Positions 26,985 through 36,250 of a DNA stretch of 38,219 nucleotides are shown here, piece after piece. The position numbers and the translations under genes were made by a program. The notes below the pieces were generated by a model. That model was not told the origin of the DNA, made no database searches, and worked only from the letters and a program-made list of their open reading frames with translations. This DNA is from an uncultured Opitutia bacterium (GTDB lineage: Bacteria > Verrucomicrobiota > Verrucomicrobiia > Opitutales > JABJCN01). Location of the stretch: NCBI GenBank assembly GCA_913048125.1, contig CAJWWL010000001.1, positions 1 through 38,219 of the forward strand, given 5' to 3'. The number at the start of each line of letters is the position of its first letter. The first letter of the stretch is position 1.

Positions 26985-28145
26985 TTACTGCCGAGTAATT
27001 GGTGTTATCGTATCTCTGTAGGCATTCAGCTTTTTGACTGCCTTATGTAACCCTGCGCGCTCAGTCAATTCAGGCCCAAAGAAACCCTGCTTAACGCCTT
27101 CTTTACCGAAGCCTTTGCTCGTATCGACAGGGTTACACCAGAATACACCAAGGACATAGCTGCTATTAAGTGCCGACTTTACATACTCAGCGTAGGCTTT
27201 ACCAGCGGCGATAGAATCCTCTTCTGGTTTCCAACTTCTAATATCCTTGTCGCCATCCTTAAAGCGCACTGCAAAGTCACATAGGATAATCGGCTTCTTG
27301 GTTTTATTGTATATTGCATCCAGTTGTTTCTTTGGGAAGCCCCCTCGAAAGGGAGGCTGTATGGCGATTGCATCCACGTAAGGTAGCATTTCCTCAAGGA
27401 CTTCTGGAACAATTGTATTAAATTTGCTCTGGATGCTTAATCCGAAACGTTCACCGAATACAAGTCGACCGGGAGCGAATTCACGTTGAGTGCTACCAAC
27501 TACACGGAAGTACTCTTTAGCGATCAGTCTTAAAAAGGCGAGGTCACGGTCCTTATCATTGTTGCCTTTCCAAGTACCTAGGAACTTTTTGTAGGTTTTT
27601 CGACCCGGGGCGTTTTCGGGTAGATCACGGATGAAGCTCACCCAGTTCTTGCCTGTGGGGTTGTCCAGTGGCCAAGAACCAAGATCGGTCCAGCAGTAGC
27701 CGATGACATTGGGGTTATCTCGACTGCGAACACAATTCGCTCTAACCCCATTCTTCAATTTGTTCTGCACTTTGGGATCAAATACGTCCAGAAACTGAAC
27801 TCCATTTCTACCTCGGTAGTAGGAGATGGGTACTAAATGATTCCAGCTCTCGATGAATGGCATATCGTTGCGAAGTTGTTCTGGGCAACCATAGCCATAG
27901 GCGTTGAATCCTAATTCTTTGCAGGCCTTTGAGAGTTGTTTGAAATCGATCTTGGCTCGATTTGTGCCTGCATGAGTGATCCCGTGAGCAAAAAATGGCG
28001 CTCCCTCTGGATCCAATAGCCAATGTCGGTCTTCGATTTGTGTGAGTCGTATAGCTTTGGTTCTGTCTGAATCCTTAGCAAACAATGAGGATTGCAATGC
28101 AGTAGCCAGGCCAAGCAAAAGAAGGAGGTCGCGGAAGCTCTGCAC
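26985..28145 (-). CDS. Secreted TIM-barrel glycoside-hydrolase-like protein; family not assignable by eye
   Basis: 386 aa, apparently starting at a GTG (28145-28143), with a signal peptide (LLLLLGLATALQSSLFA). The alternating beta/alpha pattern has blocks FFAHGITH, GFNAYGYG, IGYCWTDLGSW, VFGERFG, AIAIQPPF, IILCDFAV and GVFWCNP, which suggests a clan GH-A-like barrel. The coding call is firm but the function is tentative. Confidence 0.4.
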   Translation of the reverse strand: MQSFRDLLLLLGLATALQSSLFAKDSDRTKAIRLTQIEDRHWLLDPEGAPFFAHGITHAGTNRAKIDFKQLSKACKELGFNAYGYGCPEQLRNDMPFIESWNHLVPISYYRGRNGVQFLDVFDPKVQNKLKNGVRANCVRSRDNPNVIGYCWTDLGSWPLDNPTGKNWVSFIRDLPENAPGRKTYKKFLGTWKGNNDKDRDLAFLRLIAKEYFRVVGSTQREFAPGRLVFGERFGLSIQSKFNTIVPEVLEEMLPYVDAIAIQPPFRGGFPKKQLDAIYNKTKKPIILCDFAVRFKDGDKDIRSWKPEEDSIAAGKAYAEYVKSALNSSYVLGVFWCNPVDTSKGFGKEGVKQGFFGPELTERAGLHKAVKKLNAYRDTITPITRQ

Positions 28146-28163
28146 GAATTAAAGACTAAATTT

Positions 28164-29561
28164 TTATCGTTTGGACCTTTTACGCTCAATAGAGAACACG
28201 TCACCAGAAGGTTCCTTGGGAAGTGTGGACTTCCAAGTATCAATTTGTTTCAGGAGTTGTTCAGTTACCTTGGGTTTCCACTGAGTGAGGTCTTGCTTCT
28301 CTAGGGGGTCACTGGCGATGTCATAGAGCTCGGTATGGGTTGAGTCTCGGTTGGCTAACAGCTTCCAGTTTTTATGTACGATTGCGTAGGAAACCCAATG
28401 GTGAGGACGGTCTTTGGGTGGTGGCCAACGTGCTTGCATCTTCCAGAAAAGTGGTTTTTCCCGAGCTGGGGATCGTTCGCCTTTCAGGGTGCTGACTAAA
28501 CTGATGCCATCAGGCTTGTAGCCTTTAGGAAACTTGGCCCCGGCAATTTCACAGAAAGTTGGCAACAGATCGATGGCTGAGATGAGTGATTGGTCATCTA
28601 CCTTGCCCGCAGCGATTTTACCCGGCCAGCGAGCAATAAAAGGTACTCCGATCCCGCCTTCAAAGAGAGCGGCTTTATATCCCTTTCGACCACCCGTGAT
28701 ACCTTTGGCGGCACCGATCCCGTAGCCAGCTCCTGTAGCGGTATCGTGCATGAGTGTGAGGTCGGTAGGACCAGCGGCACGCGCAGGACCATTGTCGGAG
28801 CTGAAGATGACCAGGGTGTTTTTTGTGAGCTTTAGCCGGTCGAGGGTTTCGAGGACTTCGCCGATACGATCATCTGCATGGGAGAGAACTGAGGCATAGA
28901 TATTGTCACGCTCCTCAAGCTCGCGGAAACGCCAACGGTATTTAGGGACCGTGTGAAAAGGTGTGTGAGGTTCATGTATCCATAAATTAACGAAGAATGG
29001 TTTCTTCTCTGAATGGCACTTTTCGATAAAGTCCACTGTGTGCTTGGAATCTTCATGAACGGGCATCTGCTCTCCGGCACAGTTGAACGCTCCGTATGCA
29101 TCGTAACCATAAATTCCCGGTACAGGGGAGTCCGGTATCATGTTATTCGCAAGGTGCCACTTTCCGAAGTGCGCAGTTCGGTAACCAGCTTTCTGCAGCA
29201 TGCGAGGGAGAAGGGGAGCATCTGGATCGAGCCAGTCGGGCATACCGCGTTTGGCATTGCTGGGTACCCAGGCGAAGTGACCGTCGATATTATAGCGGGC
29301 AGGAAAGTGGCCGGTCATCACTGCGGTGCGACTGGGCGAGCAAACTCCACTTGCTACAGTAAACCGATAGAAGTCTGTACCTTCCTTTGCGAGTCGGTCA
29401 ATGTGCGGAGTTTTAACGTATGGATGACCGTGACAACTTAAGTCTCCCCATCCCCAGTCATCTGCGAAAATAAAAATAATATTCGGGCGTTCGGCACTAT
29501 GGACGAAACTTGAAACAGTGAGTGCTATTGAAAGCAGAAAGAATTGGCGGTTTAGTTTCAT
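28164..29561 (-). CDS. Sulfatase (arylsulfatase B / GalNAc-sulfatase-like)
   Basis: I place the start at the internal ATG (29561-29559), giving MKLNRQFFLLSIALTVSSFVHSA as a signal peptide. Motifs are PNIIFIFADDWGWGD, the FGly motif C-S-P-S-R (VCSPSRTAVMTGH), FGKWHL, IHEPHTPF, SSDNGP and GGRKGYKAALFEGGIGVPF. Confidence 0.9.
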   Translation of the reverse strand: MKLNRQFFLLSIALTVSSFVHSAERPNIIFIFADDWGWGDLSCHGHPYVKTPHIDRLAKEGTDFYRFTVASGVCSPSRTAVMTGHFPARYNIDGHFAWVPSNAKRGMPDWLDPDAPLLPRMLQKAGYRTAHFGKWHLANNMIPDSPVPGIYGYDAYGAFNCAGEQMPVHEDSKHTVDFIEKCHSEKKPFFVNLWIHEPHTPFHTVPKYRWRFRELEERDNIYASVLSHADDRIGEVLETLDRLKLTKNTLVIFSSDNGPARAAGPTDLTLMHDTATGAGYGIGAAKGITGGRKGYKAALFEGGIGVPFIARWPGKIAAGKVDDQSLISAIDLLPTFCEIAGAKFPKGYKPDGISLVSTLKGERSPAREKPLFWKMQARWPPPKDRPHHWVSYAIVHKNWKLLANRDSTHTELYDIASDPLEKQDLTQWKPKVTEQLLKQIDTWKSTLPKEPSGDVFSIERKRSKR

Positions 29562-29624
29562 GTATCTTAATTGAAATCGCACAACCCACGAAGACAAACT
29601 TACCCTCCTCGTCAATATTTGAAA

Positions 29625-30962
29625 TCACTCAATCAAAACCGATCCAAGAACCGTCCAGCCCTGCGCGACTGTTAGATTGTTCGCAAATCGGATGGCTGGT
29701 TTATGAGTCCATGGGTCTTCGATGCCTAGGGCTAAGCGATAACTGCCTTTATTAGTTGGGGCGTCTAAGTTAGCACCTATAGAGAACCGACCAGGTAGCC
29801 ATTTTCGGAGATCTTCGGACAACTCAGAGGAGACAACAGTGTTTCCGTCCGCATCGAGCCAAGCCAACTTTACAGGCCATGAGTAATAAAACGGGGCGAC
29901 TCCCTCGTTAATGCCATGGATGATGACTTCAACGCTTTGTCGAGTCTTGGCCTTTTGGGGAAGACGAACTTCTGTGAGTCGAAACTGGTAACCCATTTGG
30001 CGCACCAGTTCATCGCTCCTTGCTACGAATTGTGAAGAGACTTTGTCTTGAAGGGCAGGTCCATAGGGACCCACCCAAGAAAAATGGGAACGTCTCGTCA
30101 TCTCCAAGGTGAACTCCCATCTATCGCCAAGCCATTTTCTAGCTTGCTGGGGAACCATTTCGCCCCCGATGACAGAAGTCTGCCATGAATCTATCCGCTT
30201 GGCCCGCCGGAGACGCTCGAGAAAGGACCAGGATTTACCGTTATCGGTATCCTCTGGAAACATGTCGTCGTGAAAGCCCATCTTGGGGTATCTGCCAGGT
30301 AATCCGTCCGCGTAGCGAGCCATCAACTGCTTGTTTGGAAAGGCCTTACGGTAGGCTTCCAGAATACGTCTTCGTGTTTTTTCCGAGGCAAAAAGCTCGT
30401 CACTGGGATAGGTATGCCATTCGCCCCAGAACCCGAGCAGTCCTAGTTGTATAAAGGCTACCCTAGGATGTCGGTCGTAACGCTTTCCCATAGCTGAGAT
30501 AAGGCCTTCAAGAGCAGTCACCATAGCGGGGTGGTCGTAGTCCGGGCTTAGACCACCCCCGTAATCCTTGTAAGCTTTTTGCTTAACGCCTTTCTCTAAC
30601 AACCACTCTGGTGTCCCCGAAGGCTTCCGAGGGTAGTCCGCATAGACCCGCAGGACGACATGCTTGCCTTTCGCCTCTGGTATGTCCCATGCTTCCTTCT
30701 CCCATTTAGCAAAGGCGTATCGCCCTTGTTCCGGCTCCAGTTTCTTCCAAGGTACGTAGAAATATACCATGGAATAGGGTCGATGAATCTTTCCTGCATC
30801 GGTATAAACGCAATACCCCTTTAGCGGATTATCCAGAGGACCTGGTGCTGCCTCAGGGTGAATGATGGCAACATTAGGGTCTGATGCTCCCTTGGCAGTG
30901 ATGACAACCGCAGTAAGGAATAGATAGATAAGGCACGGTATCGTAACTTTCGATAAAGACAT
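29625..30962 (-). CDS. DUF4832-like secreted TIM-barrel protein (putative glycoside hydrolase)
   Basis: 445 aa with a signal peptide. Blocks are PLKGYCVY, YFYVPWKKLEPEQGRYAF, VLRVYADYP and IQLGLLGFWGEWH. They resemble my memory of the DUF4874/DUF4832 family (GH-A-like barrel plus a C-terminal beta domain). Confidence 0.5.
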   Translation of the reverse strand: MSLSKVTIPCLIYLFLTAVVITAKGASDPNVAIIHPEAAPGPLDNPLKGYCVYTDAGKIHRPYSMVYFYVPWKKLEPEQGRYAFAKWEKEAWDIPEAKGKHVVLRVYADYPRKPSGTPEWLLEKGVKQKAYKDYGGGLSPDYDHPAMVTALEGLISAMGKRYDRHPRVAFIQLGLLGFWGEWHTYPSDELFASEKTRRRILEAYRKAFPNKQLMARYADGLPGRYPKMGFHDDMFPEDTDNGKSWSFLERLRRAKRIDSWQTSVIGGEMVPQQARKWLGDRWEFTLEMTRRSHFSWVGPYGPALQDKVSSQFVARSDELVRQMGYQFRLTEVRLPQKAKTRQSVEVIIHGINEGVAPFYYSWPVKLAWLDADGNTVVSSELSEDLRKWLPGRFSIGANLDAPTNKGSYRLALGIEDPWTHKPAIRFANNLTVAQGWTVLGSVLIE

Positions 30963-31000
30963 TTACGTGCATGTAAAACGAGAATGAGATTGCTTGTCCA

Positions 31001-31119
31001 CTATCCAGATATCTTGGATAGGCGCTAGCTTGTCTCATCCAAGACCAATCAGGCTCAGCCTTGAAAGTTGCGTCGTCAATTGTGACGAGTTTTTCTTGGA
31101 TAGCTCTGGAAGACTATCC
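31001..31119. promoter_or_regulatory. Cluster of CTATCCA / TGGATAG half-sites in the intergenic region upstream of the DUF4832-like gene (candidate operator)
   Basis: CTATCCA (31001-31007), a 7-nt spacer, then TGGATAG (31015-21). TCTTGGATAG recurs at 31094-31103 and is followed after 10 nt by CTATCC (31114-19). CATCCAAG at 31036-43 is a related copy. I did not compute statistical support. Confidence 0.25.
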
Positions 31120-32424
31120 CACTCCAAGCAACTCAGGTAGTATACCCGTACTATGGCTGAAATTCTCAATCGGTACACCGGCTTGCTGAAGGAGGGTAAG
31201 CCAGTAGTTCGCTAGGGGGGTATCTTCTTGAGGAAGTACAATGTGCCTCCCGTGCTTGATTTCCTTAGCTCCACCACCCGAAAGAAGAGCAGGGACATTT
31301 TTCAACTCATGACCAGATCTGATATTGGTGCCATAGCTCACGATGCACTGATCGTACAGTCGGCTTCCATCTAGGTCTTTGGCCTCCTTGAGACGGTCTA
31401 GGAAGTGGGCGAAGAGCGAGGTGCACTTTAGGTCGCGCTGGCGAGAAGCTTCAGTGCGAGGTTGGGAGAAGCCATAATGGCTCAAGGAATGGGCTTTTAG
31501 TTTAACTCCCATACCAGAGAGCAGAGAGCAGACTGGTAGCCTGTAGGTGACGACTCGAGTGGCATCGGTCTGTAAGGCAATCAGCATCATGTCGTAGTTT
31601 AGCTTTATCGCATCTTCTCCACTAACACCTTCATCGGGGCCATCGAATGGGGCTTTGGGTTTGGGGACATCTGCCCATTTCGCCTGACGCTCAAGGCCAA
31701 GTTCGACTTGTCGTACGCCAGTGAAGTACTCGTCCAGTTTCTCTTGGTCTCCTTTGCTGAGTTTTCGCTTCATGCCAGAGCCGTTCACCCTGACAACATC
31801 CAGAACACTTTGTTTCTTTTTCAACTGACTGTAAATTTTTGCAGGGTCATCCTTGGGACCTGCAAATAGTGTTCGGTATAGATCGATGGGGCGGTTTATG
31901 CCTGGGATTGGATTACCAGAGTCATCCCAAGCGAGAGAAAGGCCTTGGCCATGGCCCGAATTCTGCCCGCCATCCGGTTCCTTTGCTGATAGGGTTAGGG
32001 TAGGGAAGCGTGTCTCTGGTCCAAGGTTTTTCCCTGCAATCTGGTCGCAAGAGATGGAGTTGTGAAAGCGTTTTCCGGGGGTTCCACTAACGTTGGCCCC
32101 AGTAAGGTAGGAAACACTACCGCCATGGGGATCAGTTGCGCCATGGTTTGACATGTTGGCAACCATTGTGATGTCGTCCTGATGCCGTTTAAGGGGAGCA
32201 AGTCCCTCAGTGAGACCGATTTCTGCGAAGCGGCCGGCTTTTTTGGGATAGAAGGTATCTTTGGTAAAACCAAAACCACCGCCTAGAAAAATCATTCGTT
32301 TGGGAGGGGCTTTGCGAAGGGTAGCGGCTTTAGCAAAGGTTTCTAGAAAAGGGAGGACAAGTACAGCGCTTCCATTTCTAATGAAAGAGCGCCGTGCATA
32401 GGAGTCGGTGAAAAATGTACTCAT
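31114..32424 (-). CDS. DUF1552-like protein with a twin-arginine signal (module C, small subunit)
   Basis: 436 aa with the leader YARRSFIRNGSAVLVLPFLE. Shared blocks are SCDQIAGKNLG, LQTDATRVVT, AHSLSHY and NVPALLSGGGA. It lies 12 bp downstream of its large partner. Confidence 0.8.
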   Translation of the reverse strand: MSTFFTDSYARRSFIRNGSAVLVLPFLETFAKAATLRKAPPKRMIFLGGGFGFTKDTFYPKKAGRFAEIGLTEGLAPLKRHQDDITMVANMSNHGATDPHGGSVSYLTGANVSGTPGKRFHNSISCDQIAGKNLGPETRFPTLTLSAKEPDGGQNSGHGQGLSLAWDDSGNPIPGINRPIDLYRTLFAGPKDDPAKIYSQLKKKQSVLDVVRVNGSGMKRKLSKGDQEKLDEYFTGVRQVELGLERQAKWADVPKPKAPFDGPDEGVSGEDAIKLNYDMMLIALQTDATRVVTYRLPVCSLLSGMGVKLKAHSLSHYGFSQPRTEASRQRDLKCTSLFAHFLDRLKEAKDLDGSRLYDQCIVSYGTNIRSGHELKNVPALLSGGGAKEIKHGRHIVLPQEDTPLANYWLTLLQQAGVPIENFSHSTGILPELLGVG

Positions 32425-32436
32425 TGAAATGTGTAA

Positions 32437-35202
32437 TTATTTGGTACGGAATAGGGGACTGAGAGCAATTTCACGAATCATTGACCCAACACGGTAACTA
32501 TCTGGCTTTAGTTTAGTCAGAAGGGATTCTACATCATCAGCGTCTGAGAATTCTACCGTCTGACCCAACGCGTAAGCCAGTAAAGATTCGAGGAGTTCTT
32601 TCGCAAGTTTATCTTCGTAGGTGAGTAGTACTTTCTTCAGCTCAATCACATTTGTGAAGGTAGAACCGTCAGGTAAAGTTCCTCCCGGTTGTATCGGGAC
32701 TGATTTTCGTCCAACATTTTCTTCGTTGCGCCAGCGACCAGTTGTATCGAAGTTTTCCAAGCCGAAACCAACGATATCCATCTTTTTATGGCAAGATGCA
32801 CAAACTGCTTTCTGCTGGTGTAGTTCCACCATTTGACGATTGGTCTTTGGAGAATCTGAAGCGGCACCAAGTTCGGGGACGTTGGGTGGTGGTGGCGCTG
32901 GTGCATCATGTAGCAGTTTTTCCATGATTAGCGCACCACGAATGACAGGGGAGGAGCGCTCTCCGTTGGAGCCAGTAACAAGGAAGGCGGTTTGGGTGAT
33001 CAATCCGCCTCTAGGTGAGTCATCTGGTAAGCTTACTTTTTGGAATTTATCCGTCTTTGTTTCAGGAAAGTCTAAACCATAATGTGCTGCGAGTGCTCCG
33101 TTAACTGTGACGAAGTTCGAGTCAACTAGATTGGCCGCGGGAAGGTTCTCTTTAACCACTAGGGAGAAGAATTCCTTCACCTCTTTCTTGGCGTCTTGTT
33201 GAACACCTTCGTTGAAATAATAGTGTTTCGTGTTATCGATCGTCACGGCATCATAGCGGTCAAATTCTGCCCATTGACTGATGAATCCATCTCCGAGGGC
33301 TTGTGCCTTTGGATCTTTCAACATTCGATCCACCTGTTTGAGGAATATCTCTGGATCATCTAGATCAGCTTTGTAGAGCTCTTCATCTGGAGGACTACTC
33401 CAGAGGAAATATGACAAACGGATAGCTAGCTCATGACTGTTCAGTTCTTTAGTTTTATGAGCTTTAGAGGGATTTGGATTTGGAAGCGCGTTGGTGACCT
33501 TGGACCTACTAATCTCTTCTACGGTCTTTGCCATTTCTGCTTCTTTCATTTTTAGAACCAGCAGAGATCTGGCCAGTTGTAGGTCAAGGTCTTCTCGAAT
33601 CCTGCTTTGCAGTTCTTCACTGTAGTCCGCAAGTCCACCAATTGATTTGTCGCCACCATCTAGAGGCTCTTTCTGGATATTTGATTTGGATTGAGACAGC
33701 GATTCCTCGTTCTCAGTGATGGCTGGTTCTGCTTCATGTAAGAATAGAAAACCCGGAGAAGCTAGGATAATTCCCAGTACATCGATCATGGCATCTCGAT
33801 GATTCATCCCTTCGGCACGATTTTGTTTAAAAATTTCATGCAACCCTGTAATGTACTCAGGCTCAGGAGATTGACGACGAAAGGCTTCAAAAGCGAACTT
33901 CTCAATGAGCTCTTTAATTTTTGAGTCATCCCAGATGTAAGGACTTTTTCCTCCAGTAGCCATCCCTGGAAACAATATATCCTCCCACTTCGACCGAGTT
34001 TTGCCGTAATATGGCCCTTCTATCTCAATCCAATCAATCCAAACGGCGGCTCTAGGATTAGCTCGCTTAGCTGGACCTTGTAGCTTGTTGATATATCCAT
34101 GCATGGAGTTAATCGTGTTATCTGGCATGTTTTCACGAATCTGTATAGACAGCATAGAGCGCCCCATAAGTTGACGAGTTCGCATCTCAACGGTTTGTGG
34201 ATTCTCGGGAGTGCCAGACAACTTGATCGTTCCCAGCGTTCTTTGCCTTCCGCGTACCCGAACGATCCTCCGTAGTTCATTGGGCTCTCCAACGATTCCT
34301 CCATGGATTCTCACAACATATTCTCCACGAATATCAGTATGCATATTTGCTGAAACCCACTTGGCGACATCGGTAATGTACACACCCTTGTCGACCAGTG
34401 GGTATTGCAGATAACTTCTTGGCAGTTCAGCACGGGCATCCCATTGGCGGAAGATTACCTCCATTTCACCTTCATCTCGGAAACCCATCTCTTTCCATGT
34501 GGCGCCTTTTTTCTTGAGTGACATCTTGCGATCCAAATCAGCTAGGTTTTCGCGCATCTTTTTGGTGACTTGGTTTTCTACTTGGGTGCGCTGAGACTTT
34601 ACCGGACGTTTAGCACTCAAGTTGAAGCGGAAGGACTCAAGCGCTATCTTTTTACCAAGCTCGTAATATTTTTCGAAATGCGCAGATGAAAAATACTGCT
34701 CAGCACCCACGTTATCAAAAGTGGCAATTTCTCCATCTTCCGGTATATCGACCAAGGCGACCTCAAAGCCAAACAGGTCACGGATGGTCAATGAATATTC
34801 CCTACGGTTGAGACGCCGCATCTTGATTTCACCACCGTGATCAGTGAAGCGCTTTCGAGCTTGCAACAATGCGCCAGTCAAAGAGTCGAGGACTTCGGAT
34901 AGTTCGTCGTTCGTCGGTTGCTTTTCGTCTTCCGGAGGCATGTCACCTCCGTTGAGTTGATCTAGTGCATCCTGCCACCGCTGTGCCTCATCTACTGTAC
35001 GGACTTTCCAGGCAGCCATATCAAATCTCACTTGGCCCTTCTGTTTATCCGGTCCATGGCAACGGATGCAGTAAGTATCAAGAAACGGCCTAAGCTTCTT
35101 CTCGGGAAAGGCAATTCCTTCTGGTTGGTCTGAGACTGGTGCTGCTGACATGTAGACGCTCGTCAGCGTAGCTATCGTCAAGAGTAATAGTCCGCGTGCC
35201 AT
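32437..35202 (-). CDS. Secreted DUF1592/DUF1588/DUF1585-type protein with an N-terminal PSCyt-like CxxCH (module C, large subunit)
   Basis: I place the start at the internal ATG (35202-35200), giving MARGLLLLTIATLTSVYMSAAP as a signal peptide. Motifs are CIRCHGPDKQKGQVRFD, MPPEDEKQPTNDE, RRLNRREYSLTI, RLSYFLWSSPPDEEL, PRGGLITQTAFL...RSSPVIRGALIMEKLL, PPPPNVPELG and [19 protein letters not shown]. It is the longest of the three, with a charged or coiled-coil-like insertion before the RLSYFLW block. Confidence 0.8.
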   Translation of the reverse strand: MARGLLLLTIATLTSVYMSAAPVSDQPEGIAFPEKKLRPFLDTYCIRCHGPDKQKGQVRFDMAAWKVRTVDEAQRWQDALDQLNGGDMPPEDEKQPTNDELSEVLDSLTGALLQARKRFTDHGGEIKMRRLNRREYSLTIRDLFGFEVALVDIPEDGEIATFDNVGAEQYFSSAHFEKYYELGKKIALESFRFNLSAKRPVKSQRTQVENQVTKKMRENLADLDRKMSLKKKGATWKEMGFRDEGEMEVIFRQWDARAELPRSYLQYPLVDKGVYITDVAKWVSANMHTDIRGEYVVRIHGGIVGEPNELRRIVRVRGRQRTLGTIKLSGTPENPQTVEMRTRQLMGRSMLSIQIRENMPDNTINSMHGYINKLQGPAKRANPRAAVWIDWIEIEGPYYGKTRSKWEDILFPGMATGGKSPYIWDDSKIKELIEKFAFEAFRRQSPEPEYITGLHEIFKQNRAEGMNHRDAMIDVLGIILASPGFLFLHEAEPAITENEESLSQSKSNIQKEPLDGGDKSIGGLADYSEELQSRIREDLDLQLARSLLVLKMKEAEMAKTVEEISRSKVTNALPNPNPSKAHKTKELNSHELAIRLSYFLWSSPPDEELYKADLDDPEIFLKQVDRMLKDPKAQALGDGFISQWAEFDRYDAVTIDNTKHYYFNEGVQQDAKKEVKEFFSLVVKENLPAANLVDSNFVTVNGALAAHYGLDFPETKTDKFQKVSLPDDSPRGGLITQTAFLVTGSNGERSSPVIRGALIMEKLLHDAPAPPPPNVPELGAASDSPKTNRQMVELHQQKAVCASCHKKMDIVGFGLENFDTTGRWRNEENVGRKSVPIQPGGTLPDGSTFTNVIELKKVLLTYEDKLAKELLESLLAYALGQTVEFSDADDVESLLTKLKPDSYRVGSMIREIALSPLFRTK

Positions 35203-35311
35203 ATCAAACAATCGCCTAATTTGATGCTGGAGTTCAAAATCGGTGCACATCGCATCGTGAATGCGATCGATAGCATCAGATACGCCTTAGGAAAGCTAAC
35301 TAGTCAGAAGC

Positions 35312-36250
35312 TTACTTTTTTGTGGGAGGCTTACGACCTTGAGCTCCACCGTACTTGAAGGCATTGGCATCAAGGAATTCTTGCGTGGGGCGGTCGACTT
35401 CAATGCCGTTTTTTGGGATTTCTAGCTGAGCCGTCCATGCGATGCCATTGAGGACGCATTTGCGAAAGTTGTCATCTTTCCAGTTGTGGTGGTAATGAAG
35501 ACCGGTGAAGCCAAATCCGCGCCCGTTTTTGTAGTCCTGGCCTCGCTGATAAGCCCAGGCTACATGTTGGGGTTTGCCAGCAGCAACTGCCTTGCGAACG
35601 GTGGGGTTGCCGGAGTGAGCGCCGTCTTTTCGCTTCATAGTTTCTGCCGGTGCGATGGCTGAAAGAATCGGTGTGACTCCCTTCATGTTTTCCTTAAAAC
35701 GCATGTGGAAATACCATTCGTCATCAGACTTGAAGGGCTTGAGGCCATTAGCTGCGGGATGATCCGGATAGACTTTGAACTCAGCGATCCAGTGCGGATT
35801 CACTGACCAGTGCGTCTCGAAGTAACCTCCCATCCAGTTGAGCATTCCCTGCCCCCCAGTGCCTTTTGTGATTTCCACGCCGTAGTGGAAACAAGCGATG
35901 CCAGCACCGGTCTTCATCAATTTATCAAACTTTTCTTCATGTCCAAGGACTAGGTGGCGACCGCCTCCAGTACAGAAGAAGATGACCGAATCAGCGCCCT
36001 TGAAGAATTTATCTTCATCGGTTGGCCAACCGATGGAATAACGACTTTCTATCTTGCCTGGATAGGTTTCAGCGAGCCAATCTCCCATAAGGTGGCAACC
36101 CGCGAAGTATTCGTGCTTACCGAAGCCGTGGGAAGTCTTGTGGGCAACAAAACAAAGTACTTTTTTCTCATCTGCTTTCGTGAAAGAAGGTAAAAAAATA
36201 GCGATAGTTAGAATGACGAAGGCCGTTAAAGATTTCTTAGGTAGGTCCAT
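35312..36250 (-). CDS. ThuA-like domain protein, secreted
   Basis: 312 aa with a signal peptide (LTAFVILTIAIFLPSFTKA). The ThuA-type pattern is VLCFVAHKTSHGFGKHEY, SVIFFCTGGG, GIACFHYG, GGYFETHWSVNPHW, YPDHPAANGLKPFKSDDEWYFHMRF. Confidence 0.65.
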   Translation of the reverse strand: MDLPKKSLTAFVILTIAIFLPSFTKADEKKVLCFVAHKTSHGFGKHEYFAGCHLMGDWLAETYPGKIESRYSIGWPTDEDKFFKGADSVIFFCTGGGRHLVLGHEEKFDKLMKTGAGIACFHYGVEITKGTGGQGMLNWMGGYFETHWSVNPHWIAEFKVYPDHPAANGLKPFKSDDEWYFHMRFKENMKGVTPILSAIAPAETMKRKDGAHSGNPTVRKAVAAGKPQHVAWAYQRGQDYKNGRGFGFTGLHYHHNWKDDNFRKCVLNGIAWTAQLEIPKNGIEVDRPTQEFLDANAFKYGGAQGRKPPTKK

